Shown here in pieces: positions 1 through 11,560 of a stretch of 46,112 nt of DNA. The DNA is from Catajapyx aquilonaris (taxonomy: Eukaryota). Location: assembly GCA_000934665.2 (NCBI GenBank), contig JYFJ02003222.1:1-46112 (forward strand), written 5' to 3'. The notes under the pieces were generated by a model. The model was not told the origin of the DNA. It made no database searches and saw only the letters and a program-made list of their open reading frames with translations. The position numbers and the translations under genes are program-made. Each line of letters opens with the position of its first letter. The stretch's first letter is position 1.

Positions 1-238
1 TCTGCTGTTGCCACGTTGTGGCACATCGAATCGTTGGTTACTATCCGAGCGCCATCTATCAACAAAACAGACCGCTCGACTTGCGCCTCTCGCGTGACGC
101 GTCTGAGCGCACCCGTTCCTCGTCTATGAACCCCCTCTAGATGGGGGTTTCCGGACACGGTTTCCTATGTCAAAAATGTTTGTCTTGGTCCCCTCTATCA
201 CCCCTAGAAGTTTGTCGGTTGAATTCATTTACACCCTG
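1..238. mobile_element. Right arm of a Tc1/mariner-type foldback MITE, truncated by the window start
   Basis: Ends ...TTTACACCCTG followed by TA (CAGGGTG terminus). About 95-232 is nearly identical to the right arm of the palindromic element at 23830-24303. Confidence 0.75.
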
Positions 239-393
239 TATAATATAGCAGAACTATTTGAGCCAGACTCAACCATGAATCTCACAAATACGTTACTATG
301 AAAACAATGAATCGACAACAATCAATTGATGTCATAGTAACCAGTTGGCATGGACAAACGAACTAACTTTTCTTAATTTTGTTTACTTTGTTA

Positions 394-554
394 GGCCGGG
401 TTGCACCGGCTCCCGGAAAATTTGTCTGGCCGATGAAGAGCCAGGATAGTTTGCTATTCATTGTTGTCAACAATATTCTGTCAACAATGAATAACAAACT
501 ATTCTGGCTCTTCTTCGGCCAGACAAATTTTCTGTGAGCCAGTGCAACCTGGCC
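394..554. mobile_element. Palindromic PIF/Harbinger (Tourist)-like MITE
   Basis: Whole element is an imperfect inverted repeat: GGCCGGGTTGCACCGGCTC...GAGCCAGTGCAACCTGGCC, flanked by TTA and CTA. Confidence 0.7.
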
Positions 555-787
555 CTACTGTTATGTGTATTTTACGTTTCCCGTGTTTAATCCTAAGAAA
601 ATGAACATTGTCAGAAAGTCACCCCCACAATGCTGGGTGACTTTGTGACAAATGTAAATGCAACTATTTTTTTGTAATGTATAAAGATTAGTAATGGTTC
701 TGATATGGATATGTAGATGAAGAATGATGGTACAAAAATCAGAAAGAAAACATTTGTGTCACATTGTGGCTTTTGTGGGACAATTAC

Positions 788-1357
788 CTGCATCTCTTCA
801 ATTGGGCCTGGTTTCTCTGTAGCGTTATCATCATCGTCGGAGTAATTAAGTTCTTCCATGTTGATTTTTACAAAACGGGGCGTATCACTGACATCTCTTG
901 TTTCCATCCACTCTTCCTACATGAAAGAAGGGACAGGCAACGTTAATACCACCAAAATGGGGGGGAAAAAGGTCACCACAAATTTCTGAAATAATCCTTA
1001 TTTCCAGGACAAACTCACCTCAAAGACCATACCACGAGCTGGTTCTACTTTGGGAAGCATGACCTCATGCAGTGGAAGACAGTTTGAATCTTGTGATATT
1101 GTGGGTAGAATTTCATCATTTCCTTCCCTCCCTGGCTCAGGGTCTGATTGGGTAGCCGCATCCTTCCTGTGGAATTTCTCCATGAATCCATCCTTCCTGT
1201 GGAATTTCTCCATGAATCCATCCTTCCCGAGGAATTCCTCCATGAATCCAATCTTTCTCCCTATGTCGTCCAGCTGCCTCTCCATCCTCAGAGACTGGTT
1301 CAGGTCCCTCTTCATGAGGCGCATCAACTGCTTCCAAGGCGGCACGTCCTCGGCCAT
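788..1357 (-). CDS. Gene A (partial): coiled-coil-cassette family member; exons 1357-1019 and 916-788, terminal exon(s) not found in the window
   Basis: QLMRLMKRDLNQSLRMERQLDDIGRKIGFMEEFL aligns with IYQMLERSLAQSDRIEKKLDEVEKRVGRLEAVI of genes B/C. Has a PKVEP motif. GT-AG phase-0 junctions join in frame to an acidic exon starting EEW, like the ENW/DDW/ANW exons of B-D. Confidence 0.7.
1161..1250. repeat. 30-bp coding tandem repeat, 3 copies (KDGFMEKFHR-like unit on the minus strand)
   Basis: TCCTTCCTGTGGAATTTCTCCATGAATCCA twice plus a variant third copy. Confidence 0.95.
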
Positions 1358-1867
1358 GTCTCAAGCTTATTGCAGGCCTCGAATCTGCGGAGAAAAACCA
1401 GGAGGAAATCCGAAGCCGTTGGACAAAGAAAAAAAAAAGACGCTACTAGGCAGACATCTTGGAAGGTGCGTTCGAACCACCGTCAGGGCCGAACTGTTCT
1501 GTTCCGTTCCGTGGTCCAAAAAAATCGTTACTTTAAAATTTTGTTTTTTAAAAAAAGCTGCGGAACAAATCGATCAGAATTTAAGGGACAAAAAAAAAAA
1601 TGTCTGAATTGTAGAAACACACTGCAATTTTTTTCTGATTTATTAGTCATTCTTATTCACATATATTTTTCTGAGAGCTGGACAATTGAAGTGTAGATTA
1701 ATAGTACAGCTTACATGTTGGTTGTTTCACAACAACTGGAGATTCAAGAAAACTTCAATTGCAAGCATATACACAATGTATGGCCACAAATAATATGTTT
1801 AGTAGTCTGGCAATATTATTGACCTATAGCATAAGTTGACGAAGTTTATTACAAAAATCCCAACTTT

Positions 1868-3260
1868 TCAGTCGGAGTTGCAATTAGATAACGAGACAAA
1901 CCAGTCGTAAATGCTCTCGTAAGTATGATAAGATTGGTCAAAGTGCAACTTGTGGCAGAGTTGGCAGAATCCTTCCATGTGCTTGTGTTCGTCTCCGCCT
2001 CGACCAGCAGCAACTGTGTAATATTTCTTCCACCAAAAGTGTTGGTTGTACAATGTGTTGTTTTCGTCCAGCATTATGAGATAAGCAGCAAGTTCCTTTA
2101 CTGATTGGAAAGAGTGGACGTCAATGTAAGATCCTGGTGGTGCCACTGCTGAGTAATTTGCATTGCCAAACACAACCGGTACTATCTGAAATATATATAA
2201 TTTAAAAAACACAGCTCAGTAAAACTATTTACAGCAAATAAGTGAATAAAATTGCTAGTACATCTATTCTCATCATGTCGAAGAACTTCTCAGTCACATA
2301 GTCCTTGCACAGGGAATTCTCAAAGGACAGGTAGAACTTGTAATTCAGTTCCAAAATCTTCATGCAGGTTCCTGCTATTTCTCTTGGGCACACCAACTTT
2401 CCGCATGGTCCAAATGTATGAACTGGAATGTACTTTGATAGTTCATCTACTAGCATTTCTCTCTTGCTGGGAGTGTGGCAATTGGACACAAACCAAGCCA
2501 CCAGTCTTTTCTTCTTCAAAGCCACATCAGGACCATGGTATGGGATTTGTGGCCTCCATTTATGCGTACGTTTCATGACCTCTCCTTCGTCTGGCATGGT
2601 TGATATCAATGAGTAAGGATGGACTATATCAGAATCAAGCCTGATAAATAATAAACAATACGGTGTCATACTAATTTTCATCTGATTGAGCAAAGAGTCT
2701 CTTTATCATTATGTAGTCTGAAGGAGTGAAAGATAACAATTGCCATTTTTGTAACCTGTAAGTCATGGTCCAGTTGAAAAAGTTGTAATATTGCTCCAAA
2801 GGTATCCTTCTTGTACTGGGCGTTTCCATCATGAAGAAAATGTATCTTTGTTTTGCGGACCTCTTTGTTGGCAGGTCTGCATGGGTGAGATCAATCCCAT
2901 TGAAGATGATTGCATCCCAATTTTCCACTGGAATAAGAGACCTATATAGGAGTAATTAAAAACCTACTCTGCATAATGCAGTATCATACTAGATGAAATT
3001 ATGCAGGAATACCTGTTGTTTGTTATGAAGCATCGAGATTCAGGGCAATTTGCCGTCACAAACGGTTTATGACCTAATCCAAAGTAAAAGTCAGTCTTGC
3101 CGAAGAAGGTGTTCCAAAAAAGTATGTTTTTCACTGGTTTATCACGTGCCTTGTGCAATGGTATGTTTTCATACAATTCGTATGTCAGGTACGTCACTGT
3201 CAGAACCGATAACGCAAATACGCGTCTAAAGCCAGTGGTGTAACAACATTTAGCCACCAT
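1868..3260 (-). CDS. Alpha-1,3-fucosyltransferase (GT10, FucTC-like), about 376 aa; exons 3260-3013, 2941-2756, 2640-2262, 2185-1868
   Basis: N-terminal TM anchor, ILFWN, C-x4-CFIT, FNWTMTYRLDSDI, VAWFVSNC, the GT10 motif YKFYLSFENSLCKDYVTEKF, IVPVVFG and FCQLC. GT-AG introns keep the frame. Confidence 0.95.
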
Positions 3261-3812
3261 TGCTGCACTTTGATTCTAATAACTATCAGGAAGGATCACT
3301 TTCACTATATTAAAAAATGCGCACAATTCCATCGGTGACGACACTAAAATGCTTCCTGTCTGACAGTAGAAAACAATGCCTTGCATGAGCCGGGTCATGA
3401 AGCTTACTATCAAAGTGTACACATAAAGAAGGGAGATAACGTGGGAGACAAGATAAGCTGAACTCCTTGGCGATTACAACTGCATATATTTTAGACTAGT
3501 TGTTTCTCGTCTTAAAGTATGAGTTTTTTTCTTTTACTGTGTAACACTCATATTTATCGAAATTATTATTGCTGATCCCTGGTGGATTACTCCGACGTGG
3601 TGACGAAACGGCCCATCCATAACGCCTTCCCCCAACAACACTGACCAATAAACAGAATGTTCGACCCATACTGTCGCAACTTATGCGACAGGCCAAGCGA
3701 CTTATTGCACACATCTGTTGACAACACTTGCATGTTTACCAATATTGACATACATATAGGGTATTCTTTCCCTTCATGAATCCAAGACAATCTTTAGTCC
3801 AGTGTGTGAATA

Positions 3813-5585
3813 ATGACTTGTACAATGATGTTAGTCCGAAAATATTTGCTCCTTTGTTGGTCAGTGTGCAGCGCTCTAATTTTACGGAAGTTTGACAATA
3901 CGGACAACAAAATGTTGTTCGAACATTACCTAAGCGAGTTAGTGCAACATCATCAATTATCCAGTTGTACTTTAAACCTAATGATGGACAAAGAGACAGT
4001 TCTGTCATCTGCTTCCGGAGTTTCAACAGATCTTTACATTCCACAGTTAGTGAGTAATGTATCAGAGAATTTGCTTCCCGAGAAGTTGATTCATCAAGTT
4101 GTTGTGCCCATGCAGTTCGGTCAGTGCGTATTTCACGTGTACTACTGTCACCCAGCACACATGCAAAAATTTGCAAATTACACCATGCAAGGCATCACTT
4201 TTGGAGACGCTGTAAGGACAGACTACCACCTTTTCTACCACGATGAGGACATTCCAATGGACTCTGTTCTCCAGGACCCCCACTTCAAGTTCAAGGTGGG
4301 GATACAGAACCTGAGGCGTGAATCGGAGCATATAGTCGCAAGGTGGTTGCAAGTCTGCCATTTTTGCAACAATGGTGAGCTCGCAATAATGGCAGAGGAT
4401 CGGTCTCATCTTCCGATCGAGCTCTTTCCTGACACAACCCGCAACTTCAAAGGAAGGGCTATTCAAATGCTGTATTCTCAAGCACATTTAGATCATTTGA
4501 TTTTCAAGACTTTAGGATGCACTCCAATCCCGAATATTGCACATCCTCGGGACATGAAGGACGGATTCTTTGTATCATATTGGAATGACGAAAGTGAAGA
4601 AGAAGAAGCCTACTTGGCCTACACTCATCCCATAATGATAAATCACATCGTATTTGTTACGAAGAAATTCCCTCATGCTTTGCCCTGGAATTTGCTCGGT
4701 AATCCGTTCAGATGGGAAGCCTGGATTTTTCTATTGATTTTGAGCTGTATGAACTTGCTGGCTGCCAAGCTCATCTCAAGATATGAAAATGTTGAATATG
4801 TAACGGTGCCTGTGTATTTATATCACTACATGTTGCCTTTGCTGTTGGCCCAGGGGTCACGAGAAGTCAGATCAACCGCCATGAAATGGGTGCTTGGATT
4901 CTGGGGATTCTTCGCAGTGATTGTGTGCACCCTGTACAACTCAAAGCTGACATCGTTCATGATGAACCCACCGCAATTCACGATCGAATCAATGGAAGAT
5001 TTGATCCGCCTGAATTATGGATGGGGAACTCACAAACTTCATTTTGGAGGATACTACAACCAAACAGACAACAAGACCATTGCTACCATTGCTCAAAAAA
5101 TGGAAATGGTAGAACCTCCTGAGTGCTTCGGGCGTGTCCTAACAGAAGAATATGCATGTTTTGGTCCAGCCGTTTATTTCAATGTTCTCTACAGTTTTGA
5201 TATGCAGAACAAGTTCCATGAGGAGCAAGTGGTTCTCACTCCCGCAGGGCTTACCTGGCACTACACGTTCATTAAAGTCCATAAACATTACCCCTACTTA
5301 GACAGTTTTAACCGAGCAATGTCCTTCTATTGGGCTACCGGATGGCATCATTACTTGATTGATTTGTTCGCCAAAAACCTCCGATTCAGGAAGAAATTCA
5401 TATTGAGCAAGGCAGGTTTGTTGCATGAAGAAACTGGCCCTTCTAAAACCACCCTGTGGGACATGATAGTCACTCTTTCCTTGATGATCTGCGGCTGTGG
5501 GATCTCACTGGCAGTATTTGTTTTCGAGGTTGCAAAAGGAATTAATAAGAAAGCGCGTCGTTATCGGAAACCATTTCTGAAATAG
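3813..5585 (+). CDS. Divergent ionotropic receptor, copy 1 (intronless, 590 aa)
   Basis: Signal peptide, CHFC...LFPD.T.NFKG, pre-M1 NPFRW, M3 FWGFFAVIVCTLYNSKLTSF followed by IESMEDL, C-terminal TM ending VFVFE. Confidence 0.88.
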   Translation: MTCTMMLVRKYLLLCWSVCSALILRKFDNTDNKMLFEHYLSELVQHHQLSSCTLNLMMDKETVLSSASGVSTDLYIPQLVSNVSENLLPEKLIHQVVVPMQFGQCVFHVYYCHPAHMQKFANYTMQGITFGDAVRTDYHLFYHDEDIPMDSVLQDPHFKFKVGIQNLRRESEHIVARWLQVCHFCNNGELAIMAEDRSHLPIELFPDTTRNFKGRAIQMLYSQAHLDHLIFKTLGCTPIPNIAHPRDMKDGFFVSYWNDESEEEEAYLAYTHPIMINHIVFVTKKFPHALPWNLLGNPFRWEAWIFLLILSCMNLLAAKLISRYENVEYVTVPVYLYHYMLPLLLAQGSREVRSTAMKWVLGFWGFFAVIVCTLYNSKLTSFMMNPPQFTIESMEDLIRLNYGWGTHKLHFGGYYNQTDNKTIATIAQKMEMVEPPECFGRVLTEEYACFGPAVYFNVLYSFDMQNKFHEEQVVLTPAGLTWHYTFIKVHKHYPYLDSFNRAMSFYWATGWHHYLIDLFAKNLRFRKKFILSKAGLLHEETGPSKTTLWDMIVTLSLMICGCGISLAVFVFEVAKGINKKARRYRKPFLK

Positions 5586-6219
5586 GATACCTCTGACAGT
5601 GAGTGGCCTCAGTTTGTCACCTTTCTGTACGCAATGCTCTATACATATTATAATATTTACCAGAATTAATAATAAAGAAAAAGGGTTTATGCACAAAATA
5701 ATAAGAAAGTACAGAGCATCAGAAATGAATGAGCTGGGTCATTTTTAACCAAGTTTGGATCATTATGTTTTTGTGTGTAATATGAGCAAGAAGTAATATT
5801 TATGAAAAAATAAATTTGCACTCCAAAAATTATTATGCCTGCCCGCTCTCCCATCTAGTAGATTTATCATTATTTTTGGTACATATTTATGATATTTGAG
5901 ACATGATATTTATTCCTTAGGATTGAACCTGTCCCGCTGTCCTCTCCTCAAACCTATCTTTCGTTTTTGGTATACACGTATTGCTTTTCATACGCTGATG
6001 CTGGTTCATACAATATTTAAACACATACATGTAATTGCTCCGCATGTGCGCATATTTTCGTCGAAATGGGATAGTGGCAAGCCCAGCGAAGCGGATATGG
6101 ACAGGAAAGGGAATTCAGAGAACACTGATCAAAGCCAACTGAAATGGCTGCGAGCAACACTATACATCAAAAAATATGGGATCAGTAGTCCTAATCCAGT
6201 GTAACAGTTAGCATCAACC

Positions 6220-7989
6220 ATGTTTATAATGTGTCTCACTTTTCTTATTTTATGCAGTGCACAAGAGTCGGTGTGGAAGACTCTCATTCCCAATGATACA
6301 AGTTTATTGTTTAGAAATACAGAATTAGAAATACAGCTAATACGCAATCCGAGACTCTCCAAGTGTACTTTAAACTTGATGCTTGATAGCCAAACAATTT
6401 CAGCACCAATTTGGAAAACTTATTTAAATTCGGACGTCCCTCAGTTAGTGCACGATATATCAAAGAAGTTGCCTTCAAGGAAATATGCAGTTGTACCTCT
6501 TGAGTCTGGCCAGTGTGTCTTGCACGTCTACTATTGTCACCCAACACACATGTCAGAATACATTAATTTCACCCTGTATGACATCGCGTTTGGAAACGCT
6601 GCCAAGACAGACTACCACCTCTTCCACGGCGGTGATTTGCCAATGGATGAAGTGTTGAAGGACCCACACTTGAAGTTCAAGCTGGGGATTGAAAGGCTTA
6701 GACTGGAATCAGGAGGAGTGGTTGGAAAGTGGCTGCAGGTTTGTCACTTCTGCGACAAAGGTGAGGTCAAAATCACTCCTGAGGACGTCCGTGGTATTCC
6801 CGACGAACTGTTCCCGGACACTACCAGGGATTTTCATGGGAAACCACTTGTATTGTTGCTACCTTATCACTTGTTCGGTTATATCATTTGCCAAGTACTA
6901 AAGTGTACCTTGGATGATAGTATTGGTCGTTTTCATCCTCGAGACGTAAAAGGCGGTTTATACATATCTTTCTGGAGGGATGTCACTGATGAGGAAAAAG
7001 ATTACTTGTCACACATAAATCATCCTACAACGATGGAGAGAACCGTCTTTGTCACTAAATGTATACCTCCTAAGATCACGTGGGACCTGCTTATCAAACC
7101 GTTTAATTGGAAAACCTGGTTGTACGTGACATTTCTAACTATTACGAACTTGATAACTGCTTACCTGCTCTCGAATTCAAGATATGTCGACGAAGCAACT
7201 TCAGCGTTTTCATACTTCTACTTTTACATGTTGCCTTCATTCTTTGGGCAAGGTGGGACACGAAAAACGAGATCTGAAGTTATGAAGGGCTTATTCATAT
7301 TTTGGGCTATCTTCTGTGTGATAATATCTACCCTGTACATCTCAAAAGTGACATCATTTCTTACGAATCCCGGATCCTTCAGATTTGAATCAATGGAGGA
7401 CTTAATAAGGATGAATTATCGGTGGGGCATTAATCCATTATTTTTTAGCGACTACTACACCTCTTCTGAAAACGAAGTCATTGCCACAATTGGCAGCAAA
7501 ATGATGCCAATTGAATTTATCGATCAGTGCCTGCTGCATGTCATTGCTGACGATCATTTCGCTTGTTTCGGTCTCGAAACTAACATTCTCATACATTACA
7601 CCGTAGATTACAAGAACGAGTTTCATGAGAGTCAAGTAGACATTACTGTAGCTGAAATTCCTACTGATATGTGGCTTCCCAAAGTCCATAAACATTACCC
7701 TTACTATGACAGTTTAAACCGAGCTCTGTCGCCTTTTTGGTGGGCAGGAATGTACAACTATTGTGTCAAAGTTATGCTGGAGCAGAACCGGTACTTGAAA
7801 AACTACGTCCTGTACAAAGCAGGACAATTGGAAGATGTCACAGGTCCAATTAAAATTGGCCTCAGAGGAGTGGCAGTCCCCTTTTGTTCCCTTGCCGTGG
7901 GTTGGGCTATAACATTAATATTATTTATCGTGGAAGTAGTGAAGGGATGGAACCGTACTTCTCCAACAAGATACCCTTTTTTGAGATAA
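6220..7989 (+). CDS. Divergent ionotropic receptor, copy 2 (intronless, 589 aa)
   Basis: Same IR topology (KPFNW, FWAIFCVIISTLYISKVTSF, FESMEDL, terminal TM); clear paralog of copies 1, 3 and 4. Confidence 0.88.
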   Translation: MFIMCLTFLILCSAQESVWKTLIPNDTSLLFRNTELEIQLIRNPRLSKCTLNLMLDSQTISAPIWKTYLNSDVPQLVHDISKKLPSRKYAVVPLESGQCVLHVYYCHPTHMSEYINFTLYDIAFGNAAKTDYHLFHGGDLPMDEVLKDPHLKFKLGIERLRLESGGVVGKWLQVCHFCDKGEVKITPEDVRGIPDELFPDTTRDFHGKPLVLLLPYHLFGYIICQVLKCTLDDSIGRFHPRDVKGGLYISFWRDVTDEEKDYLSHINHPTTMERTVFVTKCIPPKITWDLLIKPFNWKTWLYVTFLTITNLITAYLLSNSRYVDEATSAFSYFYFYMLPSFFGQGGTRKTRSEVMKGLFIFWAIFCVIISTLYISKVTSFLTNPGSFRFESMEDLIRMNYRWGINPLFFSDYYTSSENEVIATIGSKMMPIEFIDQCLLHVIADDHFACFGLETNILIHYTVDYKNEFHESQVDITVAEIPTDMWLPKVHKHYPYYDSLNRALSPFWWAGMYNYCVKVMLEQNRYLKNYVLYKAGQLEDVTGPIKIGLRGVAVPFCSLAVGWAITLILFIVEVVKGWNRTSPTRYPFLR

Positions 7990-8993
7990 ATATTCATAAT
8001 AAATTAATATTTTTCCCAATGTAACGCCCAGGTCAAAGTGCAGAGTGTCATTCCTATTAAGTACATTGGTACTGGCACCTTAAATACGCATTGCCAGTAA
8101 ACGGACCACCATAATCTTTTTATGTGTCTGGCATATAATATGCTACCCAGAATGTACGTATAAGTTGATAGCGCTGCTATTATTTGTTAATTATGGCGTG
8201 GATCTTTTAACTTTTAACACTTCATGCTTTGTGTACTGATGAACATGCAAAAAAAAAAAATGCTTGTAAACTTCCATGATGCCTTTCTTTTCAAGTCATG
8301 TACGGTTCCTTCAGCAATTTAATGTCCACTTTTCTCATGGCCGTAAACCATTTTATATTCCATTATAACCCACATATTCTTAATCACGATGTCCATTTAT
8401 ATATTAAAACATTCGCCAGGCAATCGTCTTTGCGATGGAAAACCAATGCAATCGTCATGTCATGTGCTGTCAGTACCTCATCTTGTAACAAAATAAATAA
8501 TTGGCAAAGGAAAGGATAAAACGAACGTAACTCGGAACGTAAAAGTTGTCGCCTCACTGCTTCATTGTAGAAGTCGAGGATTTCAAAAGTAAAAGGGTTT
8601 TCCTATATCATGCGATGTAATCTAACCTGACAGCCAAATGAGTTAGACAAAAAGTTCTTGTTTTGTAGTCGTATGATGAGGACACTACAATGTAATGCAA
8701 AGATATTATTAATTATTAATTTATTGTAGGTGTTACAGGAGGTAGATGAAAGTACGATACGAGCATGACACTACGGGTAATGAACCTCAGTCCAAATAGA
8801 AAAGCTATATTAATTTGGCAAAGAAAATACACAAATCAATTATTCCTTTTGCCGTGCAATATATTTAGGTGATAAGGCTAGCTAAAGCACACAAATTGTA
8901 CGATATGTTTACTTCTCCAATGTTGACACATATAGGGTTCTTGTCCCTTCAATATCACTTTATTTTAGTTGTAGTGTGTGAACGAACGTGGAA

Positions 8994-10784
8994 ATGGTGT
9001 TTCTCAGAATAATTCTCCTCCTTTATTATTCGTTAGTGTGCAGCGCACTCATTACACCAACGTTTGACGATGCAGACAGCAAAATAATGTTGTTCGCAGA
9101 TTTCCTCAATGAGTTCTTAAGTCACCCTCAAATTTCAAGTTGCACTTTAAACCTGATGATGGACAACAAGACAGTTCTGTCACCTGCTTCCGGAGTTTCA
9201 ACAGAGCTTTACATTCCCCAGTTGTTGCGTAACGAATCAGGACCATCGTTTCCGGAAATGATGTCTCATGTGGTACCTCTGCACTCTGGTCAGTGTGTCT
9301 TGCACGTGTACTATTGTCACCCAACACACATGTCTGAATATGTTAATTACACCCTGTATGACATCAAGTTCGGAAGCGCTGCCAAGACAGACTACCACCT
9401 TTTCCACGGTGGTGATTTGCCAATGGATGAAGTGTTGAAGGACCCACACTTGAAGTTCAAGCTGGGGATTGAAGGATTGAGAAGGGAATCAGAGGACTTG
9501 GTTGGAAAGTGGCTGCAGGTTTGTCACTTCTGCGACAAAGGTGAGGTCAAAATCACTCCTGAGGAAATCCGTGGTATTCCCAGCAACGAACTGTTTCCTG
9601 ACACTACCTTGGATTTTCATGGGAAACCACTTGTAATGTTGCTGCCTTATCACTTATTTGGTTATATAATTTGCCAAGTCCTAAAGTGTACCTTGGAAGA
9701 TAGTAGTCTGCGTCCTGGACGCGTCCAAGGCGGTTTATATATCTCTTTCTGGACTGATGTCACTGAGGAGGAAAAAGATTACTTGGCATACTTAAATCAG
9801 CCTACGGCGATGGAAAGAACTGTCTTCGTCACTAAAAGCATACCTACGAAATTTTCTTGGGATATGCTTATCAAACCATTCGTGTGGAAAACGTGGCTGT
9901 ACTTGTCACTTCTTACTTTTATGAACTTGATAACTGCTTACTTGCTCTCGAAATCAAGATATGTTGACGACGCAACTTCGGTTTTTGCATACTTCTACTT
10001 TCACATGTTACCTACATTCTTTGGGCAAGGTGTGACACGAAAAACGAGTTCAGGAGTGATGAAGTTCCTATTCATATTTTGGGCCATTTTCTGTGTCATA
10101 ATATCTACCCTGTACAGCTCAAAAGTGACATCCTTCCTCACGAATCCTGGTTCCTTCAGATTGGAATCGATGGAGGACTTAATAAAGCTTAATTATCGGT
10201 GGGGGATTCATCCATTCTTTTTTCGAGATTTCTACAACTCTTCTAAAGACAAAGTCATTGGTGCAATTGGCAGCAAAATGATCAAATACAACTTATTGGA
10301 AGAGTGCTTGATGCGTGTCATTGATGACGATCACTTTGCCTGTTTTGGCCTGGAAAATCTTTTTCGTTTGTATTATGCCGGAGATTTCAGGAACGAGTTT
10401 CGTGAGAATCAAGTAGATTTTACTCTAACTGAACTTCCCCCTGATATGTGGCTTCCCAAAGTCCATAAATATTACCCTTACTATGATAGCTTAAATCGAG
10501 CTCTATCTCCTTTTTGGTGGGCAGGAATGTACACTTTCCATGTAAAAGTTGGGCTGGAGAATAGACGGTACTTTAAAAACTACTTTCTGAACAAAGCAGG
10601 ACTGTTGGAAGAGGTCACCGGTCCTATTAAAATTGGCGTCAGGGGAGTCGTAGTCCCCTTTTGTTCCTTGGCCTTGGGATGGATGACCACTTTGATTATA
10701 TTCATTGTCGAAGTTTTGAAAGGACGAAATAATATTTCTCCATACGAGACACCCCTTTATAGGGGAAAAAAACTGTGCCATTAA
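8994..10784 (+). CDS. Divergent ionotropic receptor, copy 3 (intronless; ATG at 8994)
   Basis: Same motifs (KPFVW, STLYSSKVTSF, LESMEDL). The ORF track starts at an upstream GTG. Confidence 0.88.
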   Translation: MVFLRIILLLYYSLVCSALITPTFDDADSKIMLFADFLNEFLSHPQISSCTLNLMMDNKTVLSPASGVSTELYIPQLLRNESGPSFPEMMSHVVPLHSGQCVLHVYYCHPTHMSEYVNYTLYDIKFGSAAKTDYHLFHGGDLPMDEVLKDPHLKFKLGIEGLRRESEDLVGKWLQVCHFCDKGEVKITPEEIRGIPSNELFPDTTLDFHGKPLVMLLPYHLFGYIICQVLKCTLEDSSLRPGRVQGGLYISFWTDVTEEEKDYLAYLNQPTAMERTVFVTKSIPTKFSWDMLIKPFVWKTWLYLSLLTFMNLITAYLLSKSRYVDDATSVFAYFYFHMLPTFFGQGVTRKTSSGVMKFLFIFWAIFCVIISTLYSSKVTSFLTNPGSFRLESMEDLIKLNYRWGIHPFFFRDFYNSSKDKVIGAIGSKMIKYNLLEECLMRVIDDDHFACFGLENLFRLYYAGDFRNEFRENQVDFTLTELPPDMWLPKVHKYYPYYDSLNRALSPFWWAGMYTFHVKVGLENRRYFKNYFLNKAGLLEEVTGPIKIGVRGVVVPFCSLALGWMTTLIIFIVEVLKGRNNISPYETPLYRGKKLCH

Positions 10785-11329
10785 TATAGTTCACAATAAC
10801 ACTCCTAAGGTCAGAGGGCACTTCATCGCTTCGGCATTCATTGTTGTCTAAGTGTTTCATGGCTGTTGTCTCGGCATTTTTCTCTCCTACAATAATATCC
10901 ATTGCAACATTCCACTTTGTATTCTAATAGTCTATGTACGTATTTCATATTTCCGGATTTCGGAAGCTATGAATATGATGGGAGGAATGGTAATTTCCGT
11001 GTAACTGAGATTTTGTTATCCTCGATGTGACTATATGAAATAAATATTATATGTAATAAATTTAATTGAGAAAATACAAAACACGTGTTTTGATTACACT
11101 GTTGTAAGCTATACATTGCTGTAACTATCGTGTTTCATTGTCTTTTTCGATGTTTTAATATGTGTATTTTAAAAAATTAAACTGCTCAATAGCCCTACCA
11201 ATCAGGAGGGATTTGGGGGGGGGGGGGCGTAAATCCCCGAGAAACAAAAGACCTATTCGGAATACGATCCGACCACAAAAGAAGTAGCCTATTGAGAAAG
11301 GCGATTGTGAAACTTACGCAGAAAATCGG

Positions 11330-11560
11330 CCAGTTGTTATTGACTCGTGTTTCACAACAATGAATAGTGGGAATGACCGAGAATAATAATTTATTAATCA
11401 ACCCACTTGCAAAAGGACGAGGCCAACATGAAAAAGGCGTGTGATCTTTCAAAGTCAAAGGCACTAGTGCTTGTGTACTTCACCTGCTTATTTGAAGGTT
11501 ATTGAACATTGACAGTATATTGACCCTAGACATAAGCAACTCACATTGAGCAATGACACC
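11330..11560 (+). repeat. Duplicated non-coding block, copy 1 (between IR3 and IR4)
   Basis: Alignable with 15284-15507, e.g. AAAGGCGTGTGATCTTTCAA.GTCAAAGG, GAACATTGACAGTATAT and GCAACTCACA.TGAGCAATG. Confidence 0.85.

Noticed and set aside
1161..1250. CRISPR-like repeat
   Set aside because: Units are contiguous with no spacers, in frame in a eukaryotic exon, and no cas genes are present.
1050..1696. Plus-strand ORFs of 185 and 182 aa
   Set aside because: Antisense shadows of gene A exon 1 and its 30-bp repeat, running into poly-A/T promoter sequence.
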